The notes beneath the pieces are model-generated. The model had not been told where the DNA came from, searched no databases, and saw nothing but the letters and a program-made list of their open reading frames with translations. A DNA stretch of 64,000 bases, from positions 704,001 to 768,000 of the forward strand of contig OZ244720.1 of the NCBI GenBank assembly GCA_965219085.1, written 5' to 3'. The stretch comes from Dehalococcoidia bacterium. Lineage in GTDB: Bacteria > Chloroflexota > Dehalococcoidia > UBA2979. The translations under genes were made by a program, and so were the position numbers. This document shows positions 12,801 through 20,054 of the stretch, one piece after another (position 1 is the first letter of the stretch; each line of letters starts with the position of its first letter).

Positions 12801-14910
12801 CGGTTACCAGGTGCAGTGGAAGTCGGGCAGCCAGAGCTTCGGCGGCGATCCGTCGCGGGAGGACACCACCGGGGCTTCGCCGAGGACCTACGTCGTCACC
12901 GGGCTGACCAACGGCACCGCGTACACGGTGCGGGTGATTGCGGTGAACGCCGTCGGCGACGGCCCGCCGTCCGATGAGCAGACAGCCACCCCCGTCGTCG
13001 GCAAGCCGGACGCGCCCGGCAACGTGCAGGCATTGTCGGGCAACGCCGAGCTGACCGTGACCTGGGACGGCCCCTACGACGGCGGCAGCGCCATCACCGA
13101 GTACACCCTGCAGTGGAAGTCGGGCAACCAGAGCTTCGGGGGCGATCCGTCGCGGGAGGACACCACCGGGGCTTCGCCGAGGACCTACGTCGTCACCGGG
13201 CTGGCCAACGGCACCCAGTACGCGGTGCGGGTCAAGGCGACCAACACCAACGGCGACAGCGGCTGGTCCGTCGAGGCGACGGGCACTCCCCGTTCCAGCA
13301 TCACCACCGGCGGCGGAGGCGGCGGTGGTGGTGGTGGCCCGTCGGGGCCCTCGCCGAGCGAGCTGGACTTCGAGTGGAACGTGAAGCGCGACCTCGAAGC
13401 GCTGGACGGCGGCCACGACACGCCGACCGGCTCCTGGTCCGACGGCACGGTCCTCTGGATCGCCGAGAACGGCCCGGGCGCCGGCGACGCCGTCTACGCC
13501 TACGACCTCCAGACCGGCGAACGGGTGGAGGAGCGCGAGTTCGAACTCGACGAGCGCAACCGCGCGCCGCGCGGCGTCTGGTCCGACGGCGAGACGGTGT
13601 GGGTCTCCGACAGCGGCCAGGACCGCCTCTTCGGCCATGACCTCGAGACGGGCGAGCGGCTGCCGGAGCGCGACCTCGAGCTCGACGAGGACAACGGCGC
13701 CGCCCGCGGCATCTGGTCGGATGGCGAGAGGATGTGGGTGCTCGACGGCGGCAAGGACAGCCTCTTCGCCTACGACCTCGGGAGCGGCGCGCTGGTGGCC
13801 GAGTACGCCCTCGACGACGCCAACGGCGACCCCCACGGCATCTGGTCGGACGGCGTCACGATCTGGGTCTCGGACCACGGCGCGAAGCGGCTCTTCGCCT
13901 ACCGCCTCGATGATGGGGCGCTCGTACGCAACAGCGAGGAGGAGTTCACGGAGCTGAGCAAGGCCTCCAACAACAGCCCGCGCGGCATCTGGTCGGACGG
14001 CGAGGTGATCTACGTGGCCGACGAGAGCGACGACAAGGTCTACAGCTACAACATGCCCGACGCGATCGACGCGCGCCTCGCCTCGCTGACGCTGAGCGGC
14101 ATCGAGATCGGGGAGTTCTCGGGGGACCGCACGGAGTACGACGGCGTCGCCGCCGAGGGCGTGACGGAGACGACGGTCGAGGCGGAGGCGCTGCAGCGCC
14201 GCACGACCGTCCTCATCGAGCCGGCCGACGCCGGCGGCGACGACACGAACGGCCACCAGCTGGCGCTGGAGGGCATCGACGCGATCACGGTCACCGTGAC
14301 CTCGGCCGACGGCAGCCGCACGCGCGTCTATCGCGTGCGGCTTGAGGGCGGCGCGGCGCAGGAAGCGCCCTGGACGCACTGCTTGCGCGGCGACATCGCT
14401 GAGGGCTTCAGCCTCGTCGTCTATGAGGGCGGCGGCGTCGAGGAACTGGTCACCTGCGCGGAGAGCCGCGATGTCGTGGCCCTCTACGCGCTGCACGGCG
14501 GCGAGTTCGTCTCGTACATCCTTGGAGCGCCGGAGTTCGTGAACCAACCGTTCGTCGAGCTGTTCGCCGATGGCGTCCCCCCGGTCACGCCGCTGGTCGC
14601 TGGGAGCAGCGGACCGCCATCAACGGACCCGAACCTCGGCGACGGCGCCCTGTTGCCCTGGCCGGAGTGCCTGCGCGGCGAGATCGCCGCGGGCTTCAGC
14701 CTCGTCATCTATGAGGGCGGTAGCGTCGATGATCTCGTGGCCTGCGCGCAGAGCCTGGCCGTCACGGCCCTCTACGCGCTCCACGACGGCGAGTTCGTTC
14801 CCTACATCCTTGGTGCGCCCGACTTCGTGAACCGCGACTTCAGGGAGTTGTTCGCCGACGGCCTGCCCGCCATCGCAGCACTGGTCGCCAGGAGCGAGGG
14901 GCACCCGTAG
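871..14910 (+). CDS. Giant secreted modular adhesin/surface protein (4679 aa): signal peptide, FN3, 3 lectin-like domains, Ig-like, 2 beta-propellers, Calx-beta-like, ~12 cadherin-like beta-sandwich repeats, cadherin, 2 choice-of-anchor-R-like domains, Gly linker, 2 C-terminal ~80-aa repeats
   Basis: RBS AGGAGG; hydrophobic N-terminus ending AQA; FN3 motifs (LTWDDP..Y.YRVKAVN); repeats DAALSGLVLNDG..LTPAFASGTTSY..GANTIKVKVTAED..TYTVVVTRA; GIWSDG propeller repeats. Confidence 0.92.
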   Translation: MAHTARPRLAILFAALAALFLCLTGPPAQAQGGSVPEKPTGLSSEASHDSVSLTWDDPGDDSITHYQVFRRDRDVHAAGEFVTITENTGSAATGYTDDTVEPERRYVYRVKAVNAHGASTWSGYRRASTPAAPAPDPTPTPTPTPDPADLAPSGLTAEPARGRGVALRWTAPAEDAASVTGYEVLRAQGKAELTTLADTDSTDTTYTDETATAAGETYAYQVKALRGEEKSQGSNYAVAGIPAVRERNDPPIAVRQSGMTKVLPSWSLIPSGVGPGDQFRLMFLTTNRDARPTDIDVYNEWVQGRAAGGHDDVRYYAETFKALGCTAADDARDNTGTTHTNDDKGVPIYWLNGPKVADEYDDLYDGDWDEEAKMRTRGGSERNNPQYVWTGCNHNGTKYSGAHLGSTEPLLGRPNTSDGPLSSSNVLHKANDLNLYALSDVFETAFPSYAVWSATLTVGTESATPDDFYGFMGSTGDLDPDNFIYDTSTVTVTELGYRGDTAYFDIGSGKDALGSGEFSLYVGGTYLRISNPAADSDGRLTLQDHGLSWSAGDTVVVFLTENQEASGEPTIIGAPQVGERLSADTSSGITDPNNSPPTADGFSYQWILVDGGVETDVPGATASIYWPSPADVGKRLKLKVSFTDDAGFDEEVTSEATNPVAPVAVTWVSSDWSLIPDGLGAGDQFRLLFVSSDDRKAGASDIDDYNDWIQQQVADNGHAGIQGYNGLFRAVGSTNDVDARDNTGTRFTAGETGVPIYWLNGAQVADDYEDFYDGDWDDEVDVRDETGAAPTSIGRVWTGSDHDGTEQFTNGASRALGNSGGAWVRQGSLNSASGGPLSRDTADRNSNNEMYGLSGVFRVADAPVVPLDWGLLPSRLSEGDQFRLLFLSSETRTAESTDIADYNTWVQALAGAGHTDIQGYRPYFRVVGSTADVDARDNTGTTFTDADTGVPIYWLNGSKAADHYRDFYNGNWDQEASMRDEAGTIVFTFHPWTGSKHDGTEAFSSGDSRALGAASVRRGQPNSTVAGSGPLSSNSDASASEVGKFYALSDVFEVFTNSRPTAGPTISGFPQLGMTLTADASTIVDPDGTSGASFSYQWVRSEAGTDSEISGATATSYTLVEADVGTLIKVTVSYSDGEDMAETATSEPLGPVGRVVIDSAGNVDARGVWLESAAAGGFIIRLSDDEDDRVYGYTTGPLTHSPAHGFDLHADNGDATGIAAADGVLWVADRGDDQLFAYNVGASGTFGARLTAKEFDLHADNQRPAGVWTDGETLYVADPDEAKLFAYRVGAGGTFGESLADQDVALHADNDAPWGVWSTGTVIWVADRSDDFIYAYSLSAGGARLDAVALRWEWPLDTADGNTDPWGMWSDDDRLWVLDDGRSKLFAYYLPLPSAPDPPAAVAISGDGVGELTVEWEAPGDDGGSAISGYTVQWKSGAESFDSSREGTAAATARSQTIPNLTNDTEYTLRVQATNANGGSDWAETTGTPRAAAVSITGDTEFVREGTAAAFTLSRTGPAAAALTVSVLVTQEGSFIDGTLPTSVTIAAGDAEAPLRIATEDDDLGEDDGSIKVTITGVSSAIAISQTAGSATVAVRDDSDLKAKVSVDVESLTFAESVGTVTLKYAARMEPNVSPFAFAVSVLTDRGTARTLDGDFEGFSEHVTVAATDFQIENGQQVAHKTVDITINNNHAGRWEGDETFDFLVQRAPGTPGSVLVVDGDGNNAVGGATTTITIADNDAAPSLDMSVSPSLVEEGDSATLTVTIADGSAFAADQTIALTFSGTATRDVDYTADLATADVDALTLAAGLTEVAATVTVLDDAIDDDTGETIVIEAAHAGTSFSETYTLTIGVASLASDTALSALVLNDGTDDLTLTPAFASGTTSYAASVGNAVAQITVTPAKRDTDASLEYLDADDATISDADGMTAGQQVDLIEGENTIKVKVTAEDDATTETYTVVVTRAQRCDGTQLWCETMTVGTGAGTILGWSASGIVIAGGSLGGGDQDFDYGTHTYSFAIIFLSGTTLGIEFGAGAAGDLASTRTRDKLVFTVDGQAFGLGAGNLAANGRGVNWTSTGLTWMAGGTVDLEVVEAAVSTDAALSDLSLSDGTLAPAFASDTNTYTVGVANSVETITLTPAASHSWASVEYLDASDLPITDADGMTDGQQVALVVGANTIKVKVTAEDDATTQTYTLTVTRAVAGAATEATLSDLVLDDGTSELALTPAFASGTTSYTRWVGNGIDQITVTPETSDANASVEYLDAGDATISDADTMTTGQQIDLIEGENTIKVKVTAEDDATTETYTVVVTRAAPAASTDATLSGLVLNDGANDLTLTPAFASGTTSYAASVGNAVSQITVTPTKSDTDASVEYLDASDGAITDADGMTAGQQVALVEGANTIKVKVTAEDVITTETYTVVVTRAAPAASTDATLVSNEDATAGTGNSSVIHAQSFVTGTNAGGYTLSEIQIRLGDSSAVPGVTGVIAAVKADDSGAPGALVANLVNPGSLTADAFNAFTAPAGTTLSANTTYWVVINEERSSNSDRVRLFSTADDDEDIALTGWSIGDGRLWKSNASDASWNTSADSNLIIVKGTVKGGATNNAPVFADATTTRSVPENSAVGTNVGSAVTATDADSDTLEYTLEGTDAASFTIVSTSGQIQTKTGVTYNHEGTSSYSVTVKADDGNGGTDTIGVTVTVSDVNEVPSAPEAPDVTAASGTTDSLVVDWKEPANTGPAITDYDVQYRKGNSGAFTAWSHTDATTSATITGLEASTSYQVQVKARNDEGASAWSASGTGSTGSPASDAALTALVLNDGANDLTLTPTFASGTTSYAASVGNGIDQITVTPEKSDTDASVEYLDASDGAISDADGSASGQQVALDVGANTIKVKVTAEDATTTQTYTVVVTRAAPAASTDAALSGLVLNDGANDLTLTPAFASGTTSYAASVGNGIDQITVTPTKSDTNASLEYLDANGAIISDADGSASGQQVALDVGANTIKVKVTAEDATTTQTYTVVVTRAAPAASTDAALSGLVLNDGANDLTLTPAFASGTTSYAASVGNGIDQITVTPTKSDTNASLEYLDANGAIISDADGSASGQQVALEVGANTIKVKVTAEDATTTETYTVVVTRAAPAASTDAALSGLVLNGGANDLTLTPAFASGTTSYAASVGNGIDQITVTPTKSDTNASLEYLDANGAIISDADGSASGQQVALEVGANTIKVKVTAEDATTTGTYTVVVTRAAPAASTDAALSGLVLNDGTNDLTLTPAFASGTTSYAASVGNGIDQITVTPEKSDTDASVEYLDGNDAAISDADGSAAGQQVALDVGANTIKVMVTAEDATTTETYTVVVTRAMAGPVAPLPRPDTLVSNIGKANTGIAPLDAYDFTQEFTTGDNSDGYTLTSVDIEFGQVEEARITYAVSIREDKTGEPGRKIERLTDPARLSANALNTYTTSGIALAANTTYFVLVNSSTTHTTYLRYTSSDAEDSGAASDWTIGDASLLRFQHGGTWGTSSETIKIRINGTVTGADATLSGLALHDGANELTLTPTFSSGTTSYAASVGDAVSQITVTPTKSDADASVEYLDASDGAISDADGMASGQQVALVLGANTIKLRVTAADAMTTVTYTVVVTRAATASSDATLSGLLLNDGANELTLTPSFASGTTSYAASVGNAVSRITVTPEKSHTDASLEYLDGNDAAISDADGAASGQQVALVVGANTIKVEVTAADAMTTVTYTIVVTRTTGPGTEPGPPTNVQASGNAELGVTWDAPDDGGSAISGYTLQWKSGAESYSTTRQATVTTTTHTIPALTNGTTYTVRVKATNTHGDSGWTEITATPGSGAGVASVTVDQASITQTSADVIVTVENLQGVGHTVYVRYREAGANWPGSANLLLATSGTAITVTLAGLSGNTDYDVAASLDSGIAPGVRTASFTTLRTKPGKTRAVNVTFEGDGQFSIGWTQPENDGGSPITGYQVQWKSGSQSFGGDPSREDTTGASPRTYVVTGLTNGTAYTVRVIAVNAVGDGPPSDEQTATPVVGKPDAPGNVQALSGNAELTVTWDGPYDGGSAITEYTLQWKSGNQSFGGDPSREDTTGASPRTYVVTGLANGTQYAVRVKATNTNGDSGWSVEATGTPRSSITTGGGGGGGGGGPSGPSPSELDFEWNVKRDLEALDGGHDTPTGSWSDGTVLWIAENGPGAGDAVYAYDLQTGERVEEREFELDERNRAPRGVWSDGETVWVSDSGQDRLFGHDLETGERLPERDLELDEDNGAARGIWSDGERMWVLDGGKDSLFAYDLGSGALVAEYALDDANGDPHGIWSDGVTIWVSDHGAKRLFAYRLDDGALVRNSEEEFTELSKASNNSPRGIWSDGEVIYVADESDDKVYSYNMPDAIDARLASLTLSGIEIGEFSGDRTEYDGVAAEGVTETTVEAEALQRRTTVLIEPADAGGDDTNGHQLALEGIDAITVTVTSADGSRTRVYRVRLEGGAAQEAPWTHCLRGDIAEGFSLVVYEGGGVEELVTCAESRDVVALYALHGGEFVSYILGAPEFVNQPFVELFADGVPPVTPLVAGSSGPPSTDPNLGDGALLPWPECLRGEIAAGFSLVIYEGGSVDDLVACAQSLAVTALYALHDGEFVPYILGAPDFVNRDFRELFADGLPAIAALVARSEGHP
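9274..10940 (+). repeat. Five near-identical tandem 336-bp units (112-aa cadherin-like domains)
   Basis: Units start at 9274, 9610, 9946, 10282 and 10618. Confidence 0.9.
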
Positions 14911-15244
14911 GTGGCTCGACGGGGACTACGGGTGATGCGCTGTCCGGGTAGGCGCTCGCACCTGCGCGTATGAGGGCCGTTCTCCCCGAGGACAACCCGG
15001 GATGAGGCCGTCCGTTCGGCCTCACGTTCGCGTACGGGATGGCAGCGCAGACGGTCGCCGAAGGCTCGCGGTGACCGCGGTCGAGGACAGCGACCGGCCG
15101 AACCTGGCCTACGGCGCGCCCGGGCCGGCTCAGGCTCATACGGGGTGCTGGAGTAGGGGCAGCGACCCGGCCTGAGCGGGCCGGGACCTGCCGCTGTGCG
15201 GCGTCCGTGGCTGTCCGGCAGGGTTTCGGGCGACAAAGGAGCCC

Positions 15245-15340
15245 GCATACATGGACGTGCCCCGTGTCTTGCGGCCTTGCGGCCTTGCGCCCGCGCCGGC
15301 CGGCTCCTTAACGGCGAAACGGCTGCATACATGGACGTGC
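15245..15340. repeat. Perfect 16-bp direct repeat GCATACATGGACGTGC
   Basis: Copies at 15245-15260 and 15325-15340. Confidence 0.8.
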
Positions 15341-15341
15341 G

Positions 15342-15376
15342 GGGGAGGCCATCGCTCTGACAGCAATGGCCTCCCC
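15342..15376. terminator. Hairpin after the helicase stop, between convergent genes
   Basis: GGGGAGGCCAT...ATGGCCTCCCC 11-bp stem. Confidence 0.5.
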
Positions 15377-15394
15377 TCCCTCGTGCCCCCCGGC

Positions 15395-17677
15395 CTATCC
15401 GGGTGTGCCGACCAGGCCCTCCTCGTGTTCCCGCTCCAGCGCCCACTCGAACAGGGAGAGCGTCGGAGCCTCGTCCCGACGCCGGCGCTTCGGATCGCCG
15501 GGCTCCCCGGCCATGAACTCCGCCCACGAGAACAGCGTCTGCTGCCGCTCCGGGGTTTCGTCATCGGCGTTGCCGCCAATGGGAAGGGCGGTGTGGCCGT
15601 TGCCATCGGCCCTGTTGGCGTGGACCTCGACGATCACCGGCTCGGGCGCACGCCAGCCGTCGTCGACCAGCAGCGCCTCGGCCTCCGCCGCGACCTGCTG
15701 CGCCTGGGCGAACACCGACTCGACCGAGCCGGCGTCCTCCTCCCCGGCGACGATCTTCCTCGCGAGCGCGAGCATCAGGTCGTCACCGTCGTCCCCATAG
15801 GCGGCGAGGCCGTCCTCGGGCAGCTCACCCTCAACCGCCAGCGACGATTGGAGCTTCTTCGCCACGAGCTTGAGGGCGTCGGCCTGCAGGGTGTTCCGGT
15901 AGGCCATGAAGACGACCTGCACGGGCTGCGTCTGGCCGATGCGCCAGGACCTGCGGGAGGCCTGGCGCATGGTGTACACGCTGTAATCCGTTTCGTACCA
16001 GCAAATCGTCGGGAACTCCACGAGGTCGAGTCCCGTCTGCACCAGCCGCGGGTGGCAGACGAGCACGTCGACGCCCTCCTCGACCCGCTGCGCCACCCAC
16101 GCCTCGCGGCGCTCGGGCGGCACGGCGTCCGCCTTCATCACCGCGACCCGGAAGCCGTGGCGGCCGAGGAACTCCTCCATGCGCCCGGTGATGTCGCGCG
16201 TGCCCGTGTGGGTCGCGTAGACGAGCACCCTCCGGCCCGCCAGACGCTCGGCGGCGACGAGGTCGACGAGCGCCTGCTCCTTCGGGTAGAGCTTTTCCGC
16301 AGGGAGGGGCGGCACCTGCACGAGCAGCTCCTCGGTCTCCGGGTCGAAGACCGCCTCGCCGCGCGTGCAGCCGTCGGGGTAGGCGAGCAGCGTCTGCAGG
16401 TAGGTGGCCAGCAGCCGCCGCGAGCCCTTCGAGAGCGCGTCCGCGAGCGCCGCCCGCAGCGTCTCGAAGAGCGTGTCGTAGCCACTGCGCTGGGAGAGCC
16501 CCGTCGCATCGGCTTCCGTGTCCATCGAGGAGAGCAGCACGCGCTCCTCGTAGGGCGGGAGCCCCGAGGCCACGTCCGAGAGCCGCAGGAACACCGCGTT
16601 GCCGATGAGGTGGAAGAGGGCGGCGGGGGCGAGCCCCGGCCGCTCCCTGATCACCTTCCGGTACTTGCGGCGGCGGCTCGTGCGTCCGTCCTCCTCCGCG
16701 ATGTCGTCGTCCCTGCCGATCGTGTGCTCGACGAAGCCGTAGCGCTCGATCCAGCGGCCCTCCTCGGAGCGCCCGAACTCCCCCCGGATCTCCGGGCTGA
16801 ACCGGTAGAGCAGGTGGAAGAGCGTCGAGGAGTAGCCGCCCATCAGGGTTCCGCTGAGGCTGAGCGACTTGCCGCAGACGTCGGCGAGGATGCCGGCGGC
16901 GATGCCCTGGGCGGAGCCGCGCCCCTTGTACTCGTGCACCTCGTCACCGACCAGCAGGTCGAAGAACCGCTTCAGGCGGAGCTTCACGTAGTCCGCCAGC
17001 GGGTAGCGCTTCGGGCCCGAGCGGTCGGCCTGCCAGAGGCCGGAGCCGCACTCGCCGCAGCGGCGCTTGCGGCGGGCGAGGTCGCGGGCGAGCAGGGGCA
17101 CGCCGTCCTTGTCCACGATCTGCGCATGGCAGTCCGGGCAGCACGGCACCTGGAACGGCTCGCCCGTCTCCTCGTGGCGCACCAGTCCCCGCGCGGTGGT
17201 GGCCCAGCGCTGCACGACGGCGGGCTGCCAGCGGTAGGAGAGCTTGGCGCGCTCGCGCGACATGATCGCGAAGAGCGGCCCGGTGCCGGTCGTGGCGCGC
17301 AGCCGCTCCAGGTCGGTGATCGAGGCGACGATCACGGCGCGGGCGCCGGGCACCGTCGCCTCGACCTCGCGCTTCCACTTGCGCGTGAGGTGCGGCGGGC
17401 AGAGCACGAGCACCCGCTCGAAGCCGGCCATATAGGCCGCCGAGGCGGCGATGAAGGTCTTGCCTGTGCCCATCTCCCCGACGACGGTCGTGCCGCGCTG
17501 CGCCTCGAGCGAGAGCGCCGCGCCGCGGATGGCGTCGGCCTGCGCGCCCAGGGGAGCGCGTAGCAGGGGCGGGAGCGCCCGGTCCTGCTCGGAGGGCCGA
17601 TAGCGGGGCGGGTACGACTCCACCACCCGCCGGGCGATGGCGTCGCGGTAGGCGTCGATGAATCCTGCGAGGTCCAT
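15395..17677 (-). CDS. SNF2-like SF2 helicase with Zn-ribbon insert
   Basis: GEMGTGKT, DEVH, LSGT and QASRRSWRIGQ motifs; CCPDC..CGEC insert; RBS AAAGGA before MDLAGF. Confidence 0.88.
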   Translation of the reverse strand: MDLAGFIDAYRDAIARRVVESYPPRYRPSEQDRALPPLLRAPLGAQADAIRGAALSLEAQRGTTVVGEMGTGKTFIAASAAYMAGFERVLVLCPPHLTRKWKREVEATVPGARAVIVASITDLERLRATTGTGPLFAIMSRERAKLSYRWQPAVVQRWATTARGLVRHEETGEPFQVPCCPDCHAQIVDKDGVPLLARDLARRKRRCGECGSGLWQADRSGPKRYPLADYVKLRLKRFFDLLVGDEVHEYKGRGSAQGIAAGILADVCGKSLSLSGTLMGGYSSTLFHLLYRFSPEIRGEFGRSEEGRWIERYGFVEHTIGRDDDIAEEDGRTSRRRKYRKVIRERPGLAPAALFHLIGNAVFLRLSDVASGLPPYEERVLLSSMDTEADATGLSQRSGYDTLFETLRAALADALSKGSRRLLATYLQTLLAYPDGCTRGEAVFDPETEELLVQVPPLPAEKLYPKEQALVDLVAAERLAGRRVLVYATHTGTRDITGRMEEFLGRHGFRVAVMKADAVPPERREAWVAQRVEEGVDVLVCHPRLVQTGLDLVEFPTICWYETDYSVYTMRQASRRSWRIGQTQPVQVVFMAYRNTLQADALKLVAKKLQSSLAVEGELPEDGLAAYGDDGDDLMLALARKIVAGEEDAGSVESVFAQAQQVAAEAEALLVDDGWRAPEPVIVEVHANRADGNGHTALPIGGNADDETPERQQTLFSWAEFMAGEPGDPKRRRRDEAPTLSLFEWALEREHEEGLVGTPG

Positions 17678-17798
17678 GGTTCCGTTCCTTTCGTCCTGTA
17701 GGGTTTGGCGAGCCGCGCGATGCGGCTTGTGACAGAGCGAGGCCCCGTCCCACGCGGGTGGTGGGGCGGGGCCTCGTGGTGCCGCTCGGAGTGAGCGG

Positions 17799-18832
17799 TC
17801 AGGCGGCGATGTCGGTGATCTCGCCGATGTCGAGGTCGAGAGCGACGACGGTGGTGCGCAGCCGCTCCCGGTAGACCTCTTTCTCAGGCGTGGTTTCCAC
17901 CAGCACCATCTCCTTTGATGTCTTCCCCTTGACGAGGATGCGACTGCCCTCGGCCTCGAGTTGCAGGTTGTCGAGGAAGCCGGCCGCCACCAGCATCGCG
18001 AGGTGGCCGCGGCGCAGCGGCATGAGTGGCGCGTGCGCCCGTCCTCGGCCGGCCAGAGCGCGTCGGTCACCGTCGCGCTGACCCAGAGCCCGGAGCGCCG
18101 CGACTCCGCAGCCGCGGCCACCGGGTCGATAGTGCGGGTGGCGAAGAGCACCTCGCCGCCGGCGGTCGCCCGGGCGTTGTAGACCGGATAGCGCTGGCGG
18201 CTCAGCTCCTCGACGTTGCCCTCCATGCACTCCTGCAGCCGCACGGCGCTGTACTGGTCGTACTGCACCTCGGCCTTGCGCGTGCCCATGACGACGACCT
18301 GGTCGAAGGCCTCACGCTCCGGGTCCGGGAAGGCCCAGCAGCGCAGCCGCGCGTAGTGCGAGGCGAGGTAGTTGGCGGAGCCCGCCAGCCGCCGCCTCGG
18401 CACGACGAACACGAGCAGCCCGTGCTCGGCCAGGTAGCGCGTGCAGTGCCTGAGGAACGCGTGCTCGGTGCGCTTCTCCTCGCCGGCGTCGTCGTCGTAC
18501 GGGGGATTCAGGTAGAGCAGCCCGAACGCCCCGTTGGCGATCGACGTCTGGAAGAGGTCCGTGCCGAGCACGTGGTCGAGGCGGTCCTGCGCCTCCTTCG
18601 CGCGCTCGGCGTGGAGCTCCACTCCGTAGGTCTCGACGGCGGAGCCGTCGGGACGGTCGATGCGGGCGGCGAGCTGCGCGAGCGCATCCCCGGCCCCGCA
18701 GCAGGGGTCGAGGATGCGCAGCGTGGTCTCGCCGCGGGCAGTGCTGCGAGCCTGCATCAGGCTCGCGATCATCTCGGTGACGCGTGGCGGCGTCGGGTAG
18801 AAACCGCCCTTCGCCTGGGCTGCCAGTCTCAT
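17799..18832 (-). CDS. N6-adenine DNA methyltransferase (DUF6094-like), 1-bp frameshift near 18030
   Basis: GFYPTP, ILDPCCGAG (motif I) and LYLNPPY (motif IV); the C-terminus PLMPLRRGHLAMLVAAGFLDN lies in another frame and is restored by adding one C. Confidence 0.8.
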
Positions 18833-19494
18833 CTCGTGTCTCCTTCCCTGGTCAGGGTTGTCGTGGGCTCCGCGGGCTCCTCCCGCGGCAGCGTGAGCGT
18901 CCCGGCCGCCACGGCGTGCGAGAGGTCCTCGCGCAGCGCCTCGGCATTCGGGGTGCAGCGGTAGGCGGCGATGCCTGCCGACTGCAGCGGTACGACCTCG
19001 GCCTCCGCCAGTCCCCGGTGCCACAGCCAGTCCGCCCAGCTGCGGTGCAGGGGCAGCGGGCTGCGACGATCGAGGAAGCGGTGGTGCAGGGCGGGTGCCT
19101 CCTCCTCGCCCGGGGCGAGCAGCAGGAACGCATCCCGCTCGAAGGCGTACTCGGCCATGCGCGTGTAGACGAGGGCGTGCCAGCCTCCCGAGACGGGCAG
19201 GCGGCCGATCTTCGTCGTCCACGTGCCGAGCGTCTCGTAGGGGACCTCGCAGCGGTGGAATCCGCCCGAGAGCACCGCCCCGTCCGTGCCGGCGAGCAGG
19301 TGCGCGGTCTCCGGCGGGTGCTTGAGGAGGGCGGCCCAGATTGCCTTGAGGGCGCTCTGGGCTCCGACCATCGAGAGGAACCAGAGTCCCTCCGAGTCGG
19401 GGTCGCGCGCGAAGGCGTCGGCCGTGGCCGAGAAGCCGTTCGCGCTGATCGTGTAGAGGTCCTGGGTGTCCGGGGCGGCGTGCGCCACGAGCAT
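18829..19494 (-). CDS. Hypothetical protein coupled to the MTase
   Basis: RBS AAGGAG; ATGA overlap with the MTase start; globular composition. Confidence 0.75.
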   Translation of the reverse strand: MLVAHAAPDTQDLYTISANGFSATADAFARDPDSEGLWFLSMVGAQSALKAIWAALLKHPPETAHLLAGTDGAVLSGGFHRCEVPYETLGTWTTKIGRLPVSGGWHALVYTRMAEYAFERDAFLLLAPGEEEAPALHHRFLDRRSPLPLHRSWADWLWHRGLAEAEVVPLQSAGIAAYRCTPNAEALREDLSHAVAAGTLTLPREEPAEPTTTLTREGDTR

Positions 19495-19556
19495 GGGCTG
19501 TCTCCTTCCGTACGTATCTGGTTGGTGGATTGCGCGGGCGAGCGCCCGCGTCTGCG

Positions 19557-20054
19557 TCAGCCGCCGAAGAGCCCGCGCTCCCGGAGGCTGACGGCTTCGT
19601 CGCCGATCACGATGTGGTCGAGCAACTCGATGCCGAGCAGCGTCGCCGCCTCCTCCAGCGCCTTCGTGACGTCGACGTCGTTCGTGCTCGGCGTCGCGTC
19701 TCCGCTGGGGTGGTTGTGGACGACGATCAGGTTCGGGACGGCCTCGACGACCGCCGGGCGCAGCACCTCGGCCAGCCTCACGACCGCCGAGTAGCAGTTG
19801 CCGAGGTAGATCACCCGCTGGCCGACGACGCGGTTGCGGCGGTCGAGCAACAGCACGCGCAGTTGCTCCTGCGCGAGCGTCCCCATCTCCGGCCCCAGCA
19901 GGCGCTGCACGTCCTCGGGAGAGCCGATGATCGGAGCGTCGGGCTCGCGGTCGGGCCGCGTCTCGACCTCGTAGCGCACCGCCAGCTCGTTGAGGACATC
20001 GAGGTTGCTGCGCAGCGCCGCGAGCAGCGCGTCGGCGTGCCCGGTGGCGGTCAT
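19557..20054 (-). CDS. radC: RadC-like JAB-domain protein
   Basis: QEQLRVLLLD, HNHPSGDATPS..D and LLDHIVIG motifs. Confidence 0.88.
   Translation of the reverse strand: MTATGHADALLAALRSNLDVLNELAVRYEVETRPDREPDAPIIGSPEDVQRLLGPEMGTLAQEQLRVLLLDRRNRVVGQRVIYLGNCYSAVVRLAEVLRPAVVEAVPNLIVVHNHPSGDATPSTNDVDVTKALEEAATLLGIELLDHIVIGDEAVSLRERGLFGG

Noticed and set aside
11383-17563. Long antisense ORFs (11383..14547, 15251..17563, also 27968..30253 and 32833..34836)
   Set aside because: Shadow ORFs of high-GC genes, with no motifs and skewed composition.
15395-19222. 1275-aa MTase-helicase fusion ORF
   Set aside because: It results from a 1-bp deletion near 18030; the true MTase C-terminus is in another frame and the helicase has its own RBS and ATG.
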